Shown here one piece after another: positions 39,725 through 49,989 of a stretch of 51,082 bases of DNA. Origin of the DNA: a virus (Duplodnaviria > Caudoviricetes). Under the pieces are notes generated by a model. The model was given only the letters and a program-made list of their open reading frames with translations. It did not search any database and was not told the DNA's origin. How positions within the stretch are numbered: position 1 is the stretch's first letter; each line of letters begins with the position of its first letter. Location of the stretch: IMG/VR virus record IMGVR_UViG_3300036859_000729, positions 1 through 51,082 of that record; one strand, 5' to 3'. The translations under genes were made by a program, and so were the position numbers.

Positions 39725-42700
39725 CGACTTCCCCTATATTCCTGCGCCTTGAGCTGGTCGAGGAGGCGGCGGCGTTCCTCCCTCCGTCGCTTCCTCTCAG
39801 CCTTCTCGTCGGGGGAGAGGCCGGCTTCACGCGCCTCGCGCTCTTCCCTCCGGCGTGCTCCTGCCTTCCACCTCTCCGCTCCACCCATCCCGTGAGCGTA
39901 GTAGAGTTTCCCGACCAGTGGAATGTATTGAACGGAACGCTCCCTCCCATTCACCACATCATCGAGCATGGAGACAGGAGGGAGGGTTGCCCCGACGAGG
40001 GCTTCCTTAAGCTTCCCCTGCTTCAGTTTGTCGCCGAGGTAAGGGGAAAGCCCCATCGTCTGAAGGAGGCCGGCGGGGAGGTCGGTTGCCTTCGGGTCGA
40101 AGCCGCGGCCGAGGAGCCAATCGCGGATCCAGTCCTGACTCGCCCCCGCAGCCATGAAGGCGGCACTGAGGCGGGCGAGATTTCCGAGACCCTCCGCCGT
40201 CTTCCCCTCCTTAATCTTGTTGTACGCATCCCGGCGGAAGAGGTCGGCTTGCTTGATGGCGTAGGTTTTCAGCATCCACAGCACCCGGCCGTTGGGATGG
40301 TTGAGGTAGGCTTCGGGGAGTTCGAACCGGGAGACAGGTTGAGAACGAGAGAGTTCGGAGAAAATCACCGAGCGCACGAGGTCGCTCTTCGTCCCGGAGT
40401 TGAGGTCGGAGATGAGTTGGGCGGCGTCGCCGGCGCCGAGGGACTTGTCGAATCGGCTCGCGAGGGCCTGGGGGTTCTTCTTCGCAAGGTTCCTAAGCTC
40501 TGCGAAGGCCGAATTCACCACGACGTTCTTGGAGAAGGTGTCCATCGCCGTGAAGAGGCCGAGTTGGAAGGCCTTCTTCATCGCCCGGGTGGAGGTACGC
40601 TCGCCGGCATACTCTTCTGCGATGTGGTTCATCAAGCCCATCTCGCGGATGGAGAAGTTTTTCTTTCCGGTGAGGGTCCGGGCTACGCCTTCGAGAGTGG
40701 GGCCAAGGCCGCGGACGGCAATCTGGATGGGAACGTCGGTGAGCTGTACGGTCGCGGAGACGGGGTTGGCGAGGAGGGCTGTGTAGGTGGCGTTCTTCAC
40801 GTCTTGGAGGAGCTTGTTGCCTCCACGCTCCCCAGGGCCGAACCGCGCGGTGAGCATGTCGCCGAGTTCCCGCGCCTGCTCCGCTGAAATCCCATAGGTC
40901 GCTTGCGCGTCCTGCGTGAACTGGGCGATGGAGCGGCGGAGGTTGAGACTCGTCCCCTGCTTATTCGGCTTGGCAGAGGAACCGAAGAAGTCGGCCTTTT
41001 GCACCTCGGCAGTGGCGGAGCGAATGAAGGTGGCAAGGGTCTCGGCCGGGGAGGCCTTCGGATCGGTGCCGAACTGGGGGAAGGCGCCGTGCTGGTACGC
41101 CGAATGCATCCCTCGGCTCGCGAGTTCGAGGTTCTGCACCTGTATGACGTTGGCCGTCCGCGGCCACTCCTTCGCCACGTCGGGGTGGGACTGGAGAAAG
41201 GCTTGCCACCCTGCCACGTCGCTGGCTTGCCAGAGGGCCCGGGCGCGGGAGCGCTCCGCCCGCGGCAGCTTGTTCATCGCGTTGATGAAGGGATGGACGG
41301 CCTCGAGCGCCTGGTAAGCGTTCGCGATGGTGTGGTATTCGAGGTCGCTCCATGCTCGGGCGAGCCGGGGACTCATGTTCAGGACGCGGGTGGAGATGAG
41401 GCCGAGAGTCTTGTCGGCGACGTTGAGGGTGGAAGCGGCGGCGTTGCGGACGGCGGGGGACTTAGCGGCGAGGAGGGCTCCCCCTGCGGCAAGGGACGCA
41501 CCGATGAGGGCACCGGTGGGCTTGTCGGAGGCGAAATAGGAACCGGCCAGGGCGCCGACAGAGATGCCGGCGAGGGTTGCGAGGGCTCGCTCGGTTGCCC
41601 CACCGAACATCTGGGCACGGCGCGCCGCGGCACTCTCTCCCGCACGGGTGGGAACCTCGAGCCACGTGTGGCCGGCCGAGTCGGTGTGGGGCTGGGCGCC
41701 GAGCTGACGAAGGAACTTCTCGATGTCGCCGCGGTAACGGTCGTAGATGGATTGGTGCTCGGGCTTGAACCTCGCTTTCGGCGGGGATACCAAGCCAGCA
41801 CGCTCTTCTCCGCTCCCGCGATAGGTACGTTCGTAAGCTGCTTGCTGATCCGGCCACCCTTCCACCTTCGCCATAGTATCTGCCGTGGCGAAGCGCACCG
41901 TCGGCTCCCCCCTCGCCGCTGCCGCCGCAAGTTCCTCCCGCACGAGCCGCTTCGGCCAATTCTTCAGCATCGGGGAGAGGCCTTCGACCTTCGTGTTCTC
42001 GGCGAGCTTGATCTTGTGCTCGGCGATCCGGGCCTTGATACGGGAGAGGGCGGTGGCGGCAGACCATTCGTTGACGCCAGAGACGTGCTTCTTGGCGATC
42101 TTGACTGCTTCGGGATTTGATGACCAGTCGCCACTCGTCCAGGCTTTTTCCAAGTACGCGTAATCCGCTTCGAGCCCTGCCTGCTCTCCACGGAGAACAC
42201 GTGTCTCCTCCACCGAAAGCGGCTTCCTCGCCTTCTGCGCATAGTCACTCTGCACCTCCACCACGTGCCGCACACCGCCTTCGTCAAAGCTCCGCGTGTG
42301 GCCGAAGTACTGCGGGTCGTTGAAGTGGTTGGCCTTGCCGAGGTCAAGGCGCTCGGGCACGCGGTAGAGGACGGTGCGGGCTGGCATGCCGCCGACGCGT
42401 CGCAGCTCTGCGACGTCTGCCCCCTCCATCTCTGCGGCACGGACCTCGGCGGGGTCAGCTTCAAGCCGGTCGATGTTCTCGAGGCCGTAGTCGGCGTAGG
42501 TCTGAGTCTCCTTCCTCCTCAGCTCAAAATCCCCCGTCGCCTTCTTGAACCCCAAGACAAGGTCCTTCGCGGAGATCTTCCCGCCCTGGGGAACCTCCGC
42601 AAGCACCGCGGCGAGGGCTTCCTTCTCGGCCTTCGTCACGTCGGGTCGGCGGAGTTGTTCCTCAACCATCTGCCGCGGGAACTCGATTCGGTTCTGGGGG

Positions 42701-44037
42701 AGGCGTTCGAGAGTTTTCAGAGTCGTGCCGGACTCGGCCAGCATGGCAGCGAGGCTTGAGGAAGCGGGGCGCTCGGCCATCCGCCGCAGATCCCCCGTGA
42801 GAATCGCGCCGCCGGCTAGGGAGGCGAGGGCGGCGTCCTGGGCCTCTTCGGGATAGGCGAGGGCGAGGGCGGCACCCGCCCCTCCAACTGCGAGGACGTT
42901 GAGGAGGTCACGGTCCACCGCACCACCCTGACGCGCCTTCTCCTGCCCCCAGCCACGGAGAGCTGCCTTCTCTTCCATCGTGAGATCGAAGCCGCGGCCG
43001 GCGGCCGTCTTTTCGAGAGCGGAGACGAGGGCGGCGTTGGGTTTCACCCCACTCCCCCGTGTGGCAATCCGTTCTTCAGGGGTGAGGTCGAAGGCCCGGC
43101 CCTCACGGATTTTCACCTCCCCAGTCACCTTGGCCGGGGAAACCACCTCGGTGGGAGGGACGTCAGGACTGGGCGGCGGGGCGCCTTCCTCCTTCGGCGG
43201 CTCGACACGAGGGGCTTCCTCAACTACTGGTCCTCGGACCCCACCCGCCTGCTTCTCAAGCTGCCGCTGCGTCGCCGTCTGCGTCTGCCTCGCAACCTCA
43301 CCCTTCGGCTTCAGTGGGGCCGCCGCCCCGCGCAGCCCTCCCAACGCCATTATCTGACTCACCACGGAGTCGAAGTCGGCGGACTTGATCTTCCCGCCAG
43401 TCCTCTTCTCTATCCACCCACCACCCTTTTCCACTCCCTCGGTAATCAGGGCCATTCCCTTCTCGACGGAAGTGGGATCGACTTCCTGGTCATCCGGGCT
43501 CACCGCGGAGATGGCCTTCTCGACAAGGCCGCGGATGAGGGGGATGCCGGAGGGGAGGTGAGGGGAGTATTGCTGCGTGAGGTCGCGGCGCGTGGTTTGG
43601 GCGAGCTGGCCAGTCTCCGCGGGACTCCGGCCACGAAGGAGGGAATCGATCCGCACGCCGAAGTCCCCCACCGTTCCCACAGCCATGCCGGGGATGGAGA
43701 GAATCATGTCGCCGAAGTCCGCCACCTCGCGGGCCAGGGAACGGGTTGCCGCCTTCGCACCGCCGGCACGGATGTCAGTCTCCGATCGCGGCCCGTACGC
43801 TTCCTCGAGAGAAAAGGTTGTGCGTGGCGGCTCTGGCACTTTCCCCGTCGCCCGAATCCTCTGCAGATCTTTCCCAATCGCGATCTTGTCCTCGTGAGAG
43901 ATCTTGGGGTCGGCAAGTTCCCTCTCCCGGATGCGGATCTGATCCGAGTTTTGCATGGCGAGGCGAGCAGCCTCTTGCGCCCCGGGGTCGCCGCGAGAGC
44001 CATAGGCGTCTTCGAGGGAGAAAGTGACTTCGGGCAT
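39721..44037 (-). CDS. Large internal virion / DNA ejection protein
   Basis: 1438 aa; third of three ejection-type genes; hydrophobic Ala/Gly segments; internal HF...HTR...EVQSD domain. Confidence 0.75.
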   Translation of the reverse strand: MPEVTFSLEDAYGSRGDPGAQEAARLAMQNSDQIRIRERELADPKISHEDKIAIGKDLQRIRATGKVPEPPRTTFSLEEAYGPRSETDIRAGGAKAATRSLAREVADFGDMILSIPGMAVGTVGDFGVRIDSLLRGRSPAETGQLAQTTRRDLTQQYSPHLPSGIPLIRGLVEKAISAVSPDDQEVDPTSVEKGMALITEGVEKGGGWIEKRTGGKIKSADFDSVVSQIMALGGLRGAAAPLKPKGEVARQTQTATQRQLEKQAGGVRGPVVEEAPRVEPPKEEGAPPPSPDVPPTEVVSPAKVTGEVKIREGRAFDLTPEERIATRGSGVKPNAALVSALEKTAAGRGFDLTMEEKAALRGWGQEKARQGGAVDRDLLNVLAVGGAGAALALAYPEEAQDAALASLAGGAILTGDLRRMAERPASSSLAAMLAESGTTLKTLERLPQNRIEFPRQMVEEQLRRPDVTKAEKEALAAVLAEVPQGGKISAKDLVLGFKKATGDFELRRKETQTYADYGLENIDRLEADPAEVRAAEMEGADVAELRRVGGMPARTVLYRVPERLDLGKANHFNDPQYFGHTRSFDEGGVRHVVEVQSDYAQKARKPLSVEETRVLRGEQAGLEADYAYLEKAWTSGDWSSNPEAVKIAKKHVSGVNEWSAATALSRIKARIAEHKIKLAENTKVEGLSPMLKNWPKRLVREELAAAAARGEPTVRFATADTMAKVEGWPDQQAAYERTYRGSGEERAGLVSPPKARFKPEHQSIYDRYRGDIEKFLRQLGAQPHTDSAGHTWLEVPTRAGESAAARRAQMFGGATERALATLAGISVGALAGSYFASDKPTGALIGASLAAGGALLAAKSPAVRNAAASTLNVADKTLGLISTRVLNMSPRLARAWSDLEYHTIANAYQALEAVHPFINAMNKLPRAERSRARALWQASDVAGWQAFLQSHPDVAKEWPRTANVIQVQNLELASRGMHSAYQHGAFPQFGTDPKASPAETLATFIRSATAEVQKADFFGSSAKPNKQGTSLNLRRSIAQFTQDAQATYGISAEQARELGDMLTARFGPGERGGNKLLQDVKNATYTALLANPVSATVQLTDVPIQIAVRGLGPTLEGVARTLTGKKNFSIREMGLMNHIAEEYAGERTSTRAMKKAFQLGLFTAMDTFSKNVVVNSAFAELRNLAKKNPQALASRFDKSLGAGDAAQLISDLNSGTKSDLVRSVIFSELSRSQPVSRFELPEAYLNHPNGRVLWMLKTYAIKQADLFRRDAYNKIKEGKTAEGLGNLARLSAAFMAAGASQDWIRDWLLGRGFDPKATDLPAGLLQTMGLSPYLGDKLKQGKLKEALVGATLPPVSMLDDVVNGRERSVQYIPLVGKLYYAHGMGGAERWKAGARRREEREAREAGLSPDEKAERKRRREERRRLLDQLKAQEYRGSR

Positions 44038-45224
44038 CAGTCTTCCTCCTCGCCTTCCTCATTGTCATCCTCGTTGTCTTCGGGGAGGGGGGCAGCGCGG
44101 GACGCCGGAGAGGCCGCCACGAAGTTTTGCCCTGTCCACTTCGCCGGCCCCTTCGCCGTATTATAAACCTGCCCCACGACGAGACTCTTGCGGTCTGGGG
44201 GAAGGGCCACGGGCTTGTCAGCCGTCTTCGGCTGGCGATACCTCGCCTCCTTCCCCCGCTCGAAACCGAGGAAAGTCTTCGCCACGGTCTCAAAATCGCC
44301 GCGGGCTTCCTCGAGCGCCTGCCGCATCGCCTCCCCGGCATCGAGACCGGCGTGAGCCTTCCGCAGCTGCCTTGCCCGGCTTGCCACGTTGAAGGCGGCT
44401 TCGGAGAGCTCCTCGGGCGGGAGGGAATCTCCGCCCTCGATCTCCTTCCGGATCAGGTTCCGAGCTTGCGAAACCTCGCTCCCCACCGGGCTCCCCGGGT
44501 CCTTCACCTTGTCCCCCGCAGCTTTCGCGCGATTTGCCTCCCTCTCCCGGCGGAGGCGAAGAACCTCCTGCATATACCCTGCGCGGGTCTTGCGGAACTC
44601 GGCCTGGCTCTCCCGCGCCGCCACCTTGGACCCGACATCCTCGGCCCGCAGCTCGACCTCGATCCGCTTCAGCCCCTCCGCCGTCGAGGCAACGAGCTGA
44701 TCCACGGCGGCCTGATCGTAGCGTTGGAAGACTGGGGGGAGGGCTCTGGCCTCCGGGTGGTTCGCCATGAAGTTCATACGGGCGCGGTTGAACGAAGCCT
44801 CATCCGTGATGCCGGAGGCGAGGGCGTTCACCTCGGAGAGAGTTTGCTTGGCAACCTGGGCCTCGAGGTATCTCTTCCTCGCCGCGGAGGTTTCCTCTTG
44901 CTGCCCTTTCAACGTGATGTCGGCGGCGCCCTTCGCGACCTTCGCCGCCTCGTTTGGGAGGCCGGCCGCGGCCAGGGCCTGAGCCTGCTTGTTGAGGATG
45001 GAGACCGTATCGGGGACCTCGGGCGGGCCCATGAAACTAGGATCCTGCCCCGAGCCGAGCCGCGCGAGGAGGGCCTGGGCTTGCTTCCCTTGCGCGGCCT
45101 TATCCTCGGCCGCCCCGGCCTGGGCGTTGTAGAGCCGGGTGTGGGCGGCGCGGAGAGCAAGGTCCGCTTGATCCTCGTCGTAGAGACGGGACCCTGCCGC
45201 AAAGCCGAAGAGTTCACCGGCCAT
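44037..45224 (-). CDS. Internal virion / DNA transfer protein
   Basis: A/Q/E/R helical, 395 aa; position equivalent to P22 gp20. Confidence 0.65.
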   Translation of the reverse strand: MAGELFGFAAGSRLYDEDQADLALRAAHTRLYNAQAGAAEDKAAQGKQAQALLARLGSGQDPSFMGPPEVPDTVSILNKQAQALAAAGLPNEAAKVAKGAADITLKGQQEETSAARKRYLEAQVAKQTLSEVNALASGITDEASFNRARMNFMANHPEARALPPVFQRYDQAAVDQLVASTAEGLKRIEVELRAEDVGSKVAARESQAEFRKTRAGYMQEVLRLRREREANRAKAAGDKVKDPGSPVGSEVSQARNLIRKEIEGGDSLPPEELSEAAFNVASRARQLRKAHAGLDAGEAMRQALEEARGDFETVAKTFLGFERGKEARYRQPKTADKPVALPPDRKSLVVGQVYNTAKGPAKWTGQNFVAASPASRAAPLPEDNEDDNEEGEEED

Positions 45225-45225
45225 A

Positions 45226-46488
45226 TCACCCTCCGATGCGCTTCAGGAACGGAGAGGCGCCGTAACCGATTGAGGCGAGGGAACGGCCAAGGAGGGCAGC
45301 GTAGAGGTCCGAACCCGCTCCGGGTGCGGCGCCAGCCCCTGCAAGCTGTGCCAGCCTCGCCGTTTCGTTGTTGAAGAAATTGCCGCCATACTGTGCCAGG
45401 GCGGCCAGCTCATTCCCCGAGCCGAGATAACCACTTGCCGCTTGCCCGCGCTGGACTGCCTTGAGTCCCGCTTGGAACCCTGGCGTGGAGGTGATGGAAC
45501 CGGGGTTGCGCTCGAGTTCCTGGAGGCGGCGGCCATACTCCTCTCGGTACTGGTCGAAGGGAGACATACGCTTCCGCGCTTTCCTCGCTTCGCTCATGCC
45601 GTAGAGGCCAGAGCCGACGTTGAAGATGTCGCGGATGGAGCCGCCGCCACTCCCGCCCCCGCCGAAGCCGAAGCCTTGGAGGGCCTGAGTGAGGATGTCC
45701 CCGATCGTCGTTCCTGTTGACATCGAACCGCCGAGGGAACCGAGGTCGATGGAGGAGGGCACTCCCGTGGCAGAGGCGTCGAGGGCAAGAGCACGGTTGG
45801 CGGATTCGCTGTCCTTCGCCGCGCCGAGATACTCGCCCGCACCGGCCCCTCCGCCACCAGCCGCAACGATCTCGGGCGCCGTCATGTTGAAGCTCGCCGC
45901 GGAGTTGATCGCCTCGGCAGCTCCGGGGCTCAACCCTCCCTGGGCTTGAAGAGCGTAGCTAGAAGCGGTGGGAGAGCCAGCTGCCGCTCCGCCCACACCC
46001 CCCACGCCGCCAGCCGCACCGCCGCCCCCCTCTGCCGCGAGAGCTGATTCGATGGCGGTTTGCTCGGCCGCACTGGCCCCGGCCGTCCCGCCAACGCCGC
46101 CCTCCACGCCGCCGAAGGCGCCACCCGCACCAGCCCCGATCGCCGCCAGGGTTGCCATCACCACCGGGGCAATCCAGCCGCCCGAGTTGGAAAACCCCTG
46201 GGAGGTTGAATTGAGGAGGTCGCCGCCCTGCCCGAAGAGACCGTAAATCAGCTCGCCGCCCTGCGGGCCATATGCCTGCCGGAACGACATACCCTGATCG
46301 CTGAGCCATTGCGACAGCTCATCCGACATGCCGCGCTCGAGGTAGGGCGTCTGGCCATTCACGCCTTCCCCAAACATCTGTGTGTCTTTCGTCACCGGGC
46401 CGGAGAAACCGGCGCCGCGAAGATAGTCTTCCATCAGCCCAATGTTTGCCGTCGGGCCTTCGAACCAGTTGAGGGAAGTGTCTGGCAT
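45226..46488 (-). CDS. DNA transfer (pilot) protein, P22 gp7-like
   Basis: G/A-rich with a hydrophobic segment; TPGFQ.G..AVQR..AA.G.LGSG.EL.AL.QYG motif. Confidence 0.7.
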   Translation of the reverse strand: MPDTSLNWFEGPTANIGLMEDYLRGAGFSGPVTKDTQMFGEGVNGQTPYLERGMSDELSQWLSDQGMSFRQAYGPQGGELIYGLFGQGGDLLNSTSQGFSNSGGWIAPVVMATLAAIGAGAGGAFGGVEGGVGGTAGASAAEQTAIESALAAEGGGGAAGGVGGVGGAAAGSPTASSYALQAQGGLSPGAAEAINSAASFNMTAPEIVAAGGGGAGAGEYLGAAKDSESANRALALDASATGVPSSIDLGSLGGSMSTGTTIGDILTQALQGFGFGGGGSGGGSIRDIFNVGSGLYGMSEARKARKRMSPFDQYREEYGRRLQELERNPGSITSTPGFQAGLKAVQRGQAASGYLGSGNELAALAQYGGNFFNNETARLAQLAGAGAAPGAGSDLYAALLGRSLASIGYGASPFLKRIGG

Positions 46489-46497
46489 GGTGTTCTC

Positions 46498-46839
46498 CTA
46501 GGTTGGAGGCGTGAAGGCAATGATGATGCCGTCAGCGAAGGTGAGGGAGCCGGTGGCGCCAAGGCCGGTGAGAGCGGCGAGAGTGACTGTCCCGGTGACG
46601 CCGTTGCCGGCTTGGAAGGAAGAAAGTTCCGAGGCGGTGAAGTGATAGTGACCCCCCGCATCCCCGCCAAGGAGGTTGGTAAGCGCCTCGTGATTCGCCG
46701 CCGTGCCGCCGGCTTGGGTGAGGAAGGCAGCGACCTTCAGGAACCAGTTGAGCCAGATCGGGTTGAAGGTGGGCCGACCCGTCTGTGGGTCAACCTGAAT
46801 CACCTCGGCGTAGGTCGGGGCAGGTTCGAAGTTTGCCAT
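46498..46839 (-). CDS. Small tail protein (needle/plug position)
   Basis: P..G..NP.W..WF motif; H..L..L.GG....YH.T. Confidence 0.55.
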   Translation of the reverse strand: MANFEPAPTYAEVIQVDPQTGRPTFNPIWLNWFLKVAAFLTQAGGTAANHEALTNLLGGDAGGHYHFTASELSSFQAGNGVTGTVTLAALTGLGATGSLTFADGIIIAFTPPT

Positions 46840-48440
46840 CAGATCGTCCCCAGGTCGATGTCGACCTCGAGGCTACGGATTCGCATCCTCACCGGGGAGG
46901 TGCACTTGATATGATAGGCGCGGCGGTTGAACGTGCCGCAGTTGGAGAGGCGCGGCCTCTTCAGCCCCATGTCCACCCGGCGGAAGTTCGTCCACTTGAG
47001 GGGATCGTAGTCGTAGTCGTTGCAACGGACGTAGAGGACTTGGCCGGGTTGCTGATCCCCTACGAAGTAGAGGTTGTTGATGGTTTTCCTCTTCGTCGTG
47101 CCGCCGTCCCAAGAGGGGAGATAAGCCTCCACCGGAATTGTCTGGCCGGCGTCCGTCGTGAAGGAGCCGTCGAGCTGGAAGATCCGCCCGTCGACGTGTT
47201 GGAGGAGGACGAGGCCATCCCCATCGAGACTCGCTCCGATGAAGGGGAAGTAGTTGCCGCTCTGGTCCGTCCACCGATACCACAGGTTTGTTGTGAAGTC
47301 GAATACGAGGGTGAGGTTGGCCTCGACGAGGGAGACGCCATAGAGGCGGTGGCCGTCCACCTTCACATTCCAGGAATGAACGGTTTGGTTCGCCGGCTGC
47401 TGGACGAGACGGTCGATGGAGGGGTAGGAAATTGAGCCAACCTTCAACCCCTCCATCTTGAGGACGGTAGCCTCGCCACTCCGCGTCCCCGCGATCCAGA
47501 CGAGGACACCCTCGGAGTCCTGAACCGAGCGGGCGTGGCGGCAGCCATAGTTTGCCTTGGCCCCCTGTACTCGGGCGAGGGGCGAACCCACCGGGTTCCC
47601 GGCGTCGTAGAATACCTCCGTCGACCACTCCTTGAACGCGATGACCTGAACGAGTTGCTTCGCCAACGCGACGCCCTGGTCCGGCTCGATGTATGCGGTG
47701 AGGAAGTTGAGGCCGTCCCAGGACGTTGGGTCGTTGAGGTCAGACCCGTTGATCTTCGCGTTGGGGCGCATGACGTAGAGAGTGCCGTCGAGATACGCCG
47801 AGCCGGGGACGGGGTCCACGGGGAAGCCGGGGTTGGAGAAGGTCAGAGCAACTCCTGTTGCCGTGATCGTCGCGTTCGTGTTGATGGTGACCTGGACGCC
47901 GGAGTCAACCGACACGACGTAGGAACCGTCGGGGATTCCCGCTCCCGTCACTCCCGCATTCGCCACAATGCCGGCGGTGGAGGGAATTCCGTTGATGATC
48001 GTGTTGCTGTTGAGGTTCCCCGTCGTGTCTACGGTGGTGGCGTAGGCGACCTCAACCACCCCGCCGGCCACGGTGTAGGTGTAAGCCTTCGCCCCGTTGT
48101 GGAAGAAGAGGCGGTGGGTCGCGCCGAGGGTTTGGTTGAGGGAGTAAAACCCGGCGCTCTGCACCGAACCGACGGAGACGAAGTTGCGATAGAGGGTGCC
48201 GTCGGTGATGTGGTAGAGGCCACCTTCCCAGAGGTAGATCCCCCTTCCCACGCCGGCGACGCCGCCGCCGCTGTAGAGCCCGACTCCCGGCCGGCTTACC
48301 ACGTGGTAGTCGCCTTCCCGCGGCCCCTTCTCGGCGATGCAGTTCACCAGCCTCGCGTCGATGTTCGCCGAGGTGAAGCGATTCTCCGGCAACACCACGA
48401 AGGGGATGCGGGGGGCGTCGCTGGGTTGCTGCTCTTTCAT
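46839..48440 (-). CDS. Tail nozzle / DNA stabilization protein, P22 gp10-like
   Basis: Beta-propeller-like repeats; YLDG..YV; W..LNF.TA...PD; STEVFY..G. Confidence 0.8.
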   Translation of the reverse strand: MKEQQPSDAPRIPFVVLPENRFTSANIDARLVNCIAEKGPREGDYHVVSRPGVGLYSGGGVAGVGRGIYLWEGGLYHITDGTLYRNFVSVGSVQSAGFYSLNQTLGATHRLFFHNGAKAYTYTVAGGVVEVAYATTVDTTGNLNSNTIINGIPSTAGIVANAGVTGAGIPDGSYVVSVDSGVQVTINTNATITATGVALTFSNPGFPVDPVPGSAYLDGTLYVMRPNAKINGSDLNDPTSWDGLNFLTAYIEPDQGVALAKQLVQVIAFKEWSTEVFYDAGNPVGSPLARVQGAKANYGCRHARSVQDSEGVLVWIAGTRSGEATVLKMEGLKVGSISYPSIDRLVQQPANQTVHSWNVKVDGHRLYGVSLVEANLTLVFDFTTNLWYRWTDQSGNYFPFIGASLDGDGLVLLQHVDGRIFQLDGSFTTDAGQTIPVEAYLPSWDGGTTKRKTINNLYFVGDQQPGQVLYVRCNDYDYDPLKWTNFRRVDMGLKRPRLSNCGTFNRRAYHIKCTSPVRMRIRSLEVDIDLGTI

Positions 48441-48459
48441 TACGTGGGGTATCCGTGGG

Positions 48460-48744
48460 TTATTTACGTGTGAAATATTGCAGGAGCGGCAGCACCATCT
48501 GGCTCAGCGTGAGGATCGTCGTGAGCGTCCCGGCGATTCCGAGGACGAACCAGAAATACTGGCTCAGCCGACCACTCAGCACAGCGTGATCCTTTTCCAG
48601 GCCGCCCACTCTCTCCTCCAAAATGCCCATCCTCTTACCCTGCTCAATCTGCCGCTCATCGATCAAGATAAGGCGCTGGACCGCCCTCGTCAGCTCAGCC
48701 AACTGGTTCTCAATCCTCTGTGCCCGGTCGTCCGTAACCTGCAT
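48460..48744 (-). CDS. Coiled-coil protein with C-terminal TM helix
   Basis: AAGG SD; RI...LE.. heptads followed by a hydrophobic helix. Confidence 0.6.
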   Translation of the reverse strand: MQVTDDRAQRIENQLAELTRAVQRLILIDERQIEQGKRMGILEERVGGLEKDHAVLSGRLSQYFWFVLGIAGTLTTILTLSQMVLPLLQYFTRK

Positions 48745-48748
48745 GCGA

Positions 48749-49465
48749 CTACCTTGTGAAGGGATTTCGCCCCTGTCCATAGGAGTCGGGTTGGAAGTTG
48801 GTTGGAGCATCTTCGACGTCCCAGTCCTCGAGCGCCTGTTTGAACATCGAGGCCTTTTGAGCGCACCTCGACATGATTGCTTCGCTTTGCCCGCCGCAGA
48901 TGTCGTCAGCGAGACCCCAGCGAAGGGCTTGGTACCACTCCACCGGGAAGGAAACCGTGTCGTTCAGCTGAATCATCTGCGTGACTTGCTGCTGGACGAG
49001 GAGGTCGACGCTGCCCGTCGCGGCCTCGGAATCGGGGACGAGCCAGAACTTCACCACGTTGTTGAGAAGCTGCTTGTCCTGGAAGTACCCCACGATTGCG
49101 CCTTGCTGCGTCGGGTTGGGCAGCATGTTGTAGGTGTTCCACGAGTAGGGCTCGAGGGGGCGAGAAACATCCTCCGCCGTCATGTAGTACCCCTCCAGGA
49201 CTCGCATGGGCCGGGTGGCGAGGATGGAGCCGGCAGGGCCGAGGGTGTAGGTGCCCGTCCCTGCGGTCAGCGTCACGGGGACGATGGAGTTGGTCCAAAG
49301 TTTCAACCCCTGCGTCTGCCACGCATTCACCAAGTCGTTGAGGCGGACGAGGTATTGGGCCAGCTGGTCGCTGTCGGGAACCTCCCCCTCTTGCAAGAGC
49401 CCCGCATCCTTCATCGCGAAGGAGATGATTCGGCTCGGGTTGTTGAAGTTGGAGGGCCCGGGCAT
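48749..49465 (-). CDS. Head-tail adaptor / tail tubular protein, P22 gp4-like
   Basis: II..AM...G.L..GE.P......L..LN.LV..W; FP.EW..AL.W.LA. Confidence 0.8.
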   Translation of the reverse strand: MPGPSNFNNPSRIISFAMKDAGLLQEGEVPDSDQLAQYLVRLNDLVNAWQTQGLKLWTNSIVPVTLTAGTGTYTLGPAGSILATRPMRVLEGYYMTAEDVSRPLEPYSWNTYNMLPNPTQQGAIVGYFQDKQLLNNVVKFWLVPDSEAATGSVDLLVQQQVTQMIQLNDTVSFPVEWYQALRWGLADDICGGQSEAIMSRCAQKASMFKQALEDWDVEDAPTNFQPDSYGQGRNPFTR

Positions 49466-49466
49466 G

Positions 49467-49982
49467 TCAGGCTCCCACCGCCTTCGCCATCGCGGCGATG
49501 CGATCCTTCAGGGCCTGCTCGCCGGCGCGGAGTTTGTTCTCGCGATCGACGAGGCGTTGCTGGCGCTCATCTTGTTCCGCCGTCACCTTCCTTTTCATCG
49601 CGTTGAAGGTTTCGATGTCGGCGGCCAGCTTGGACTCGCCGGAGACGACGAGGGCCTCGCGGGAGGTCAGCTCGCTCACCTTCCCTTCATGCGCGGCCAT
49701 GTTCGCGGCGAGGTTCTCGGCCGCCTCCTTCACCGTGGCGATGCGAGTGGCCAGCTCGGCCTCGACCGCCGCCACCTTCCTTTCTCTCGCCTCAAGCTCC
49801 CCGGCGATTTCAACCCGGCGCGCCTCGACCTGCTCGACCGTCTTCACCACGCCGAGCTTCTTGTCCAACTCGGCCGAGGCCGCAGCGATTTCGTCGAGTT
49901 CCTTCTTGAAGGCGCCCTGGCCAATCAGGGTTGCCGCAGCCATGATCTTGCGAACCTCGATCAGGTCCTGTGCGTTCAGCAT
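49467..49982 (-). CDS. Coiled-coil protein
   Basis: Long heptad-rich helix; GAGGA SD. Confidence 0.7.
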   Translation of the reverse strand: MLNAQDLIEVRKIMAAATLIGQGAFKKELDEIAAASAELDKKLGVVKTVEQVEARRVEIAGELEARERKVAAVEAELATRIATVKEAAENLAANMAAHEGKVSELTSREALVVSGESKLAADIETFNAMKRKVTAEQDERQQRLVDRENKLRAGEQALKDRIAAMAKAVGA

Positions 49983-49989
49983 GATGTCC

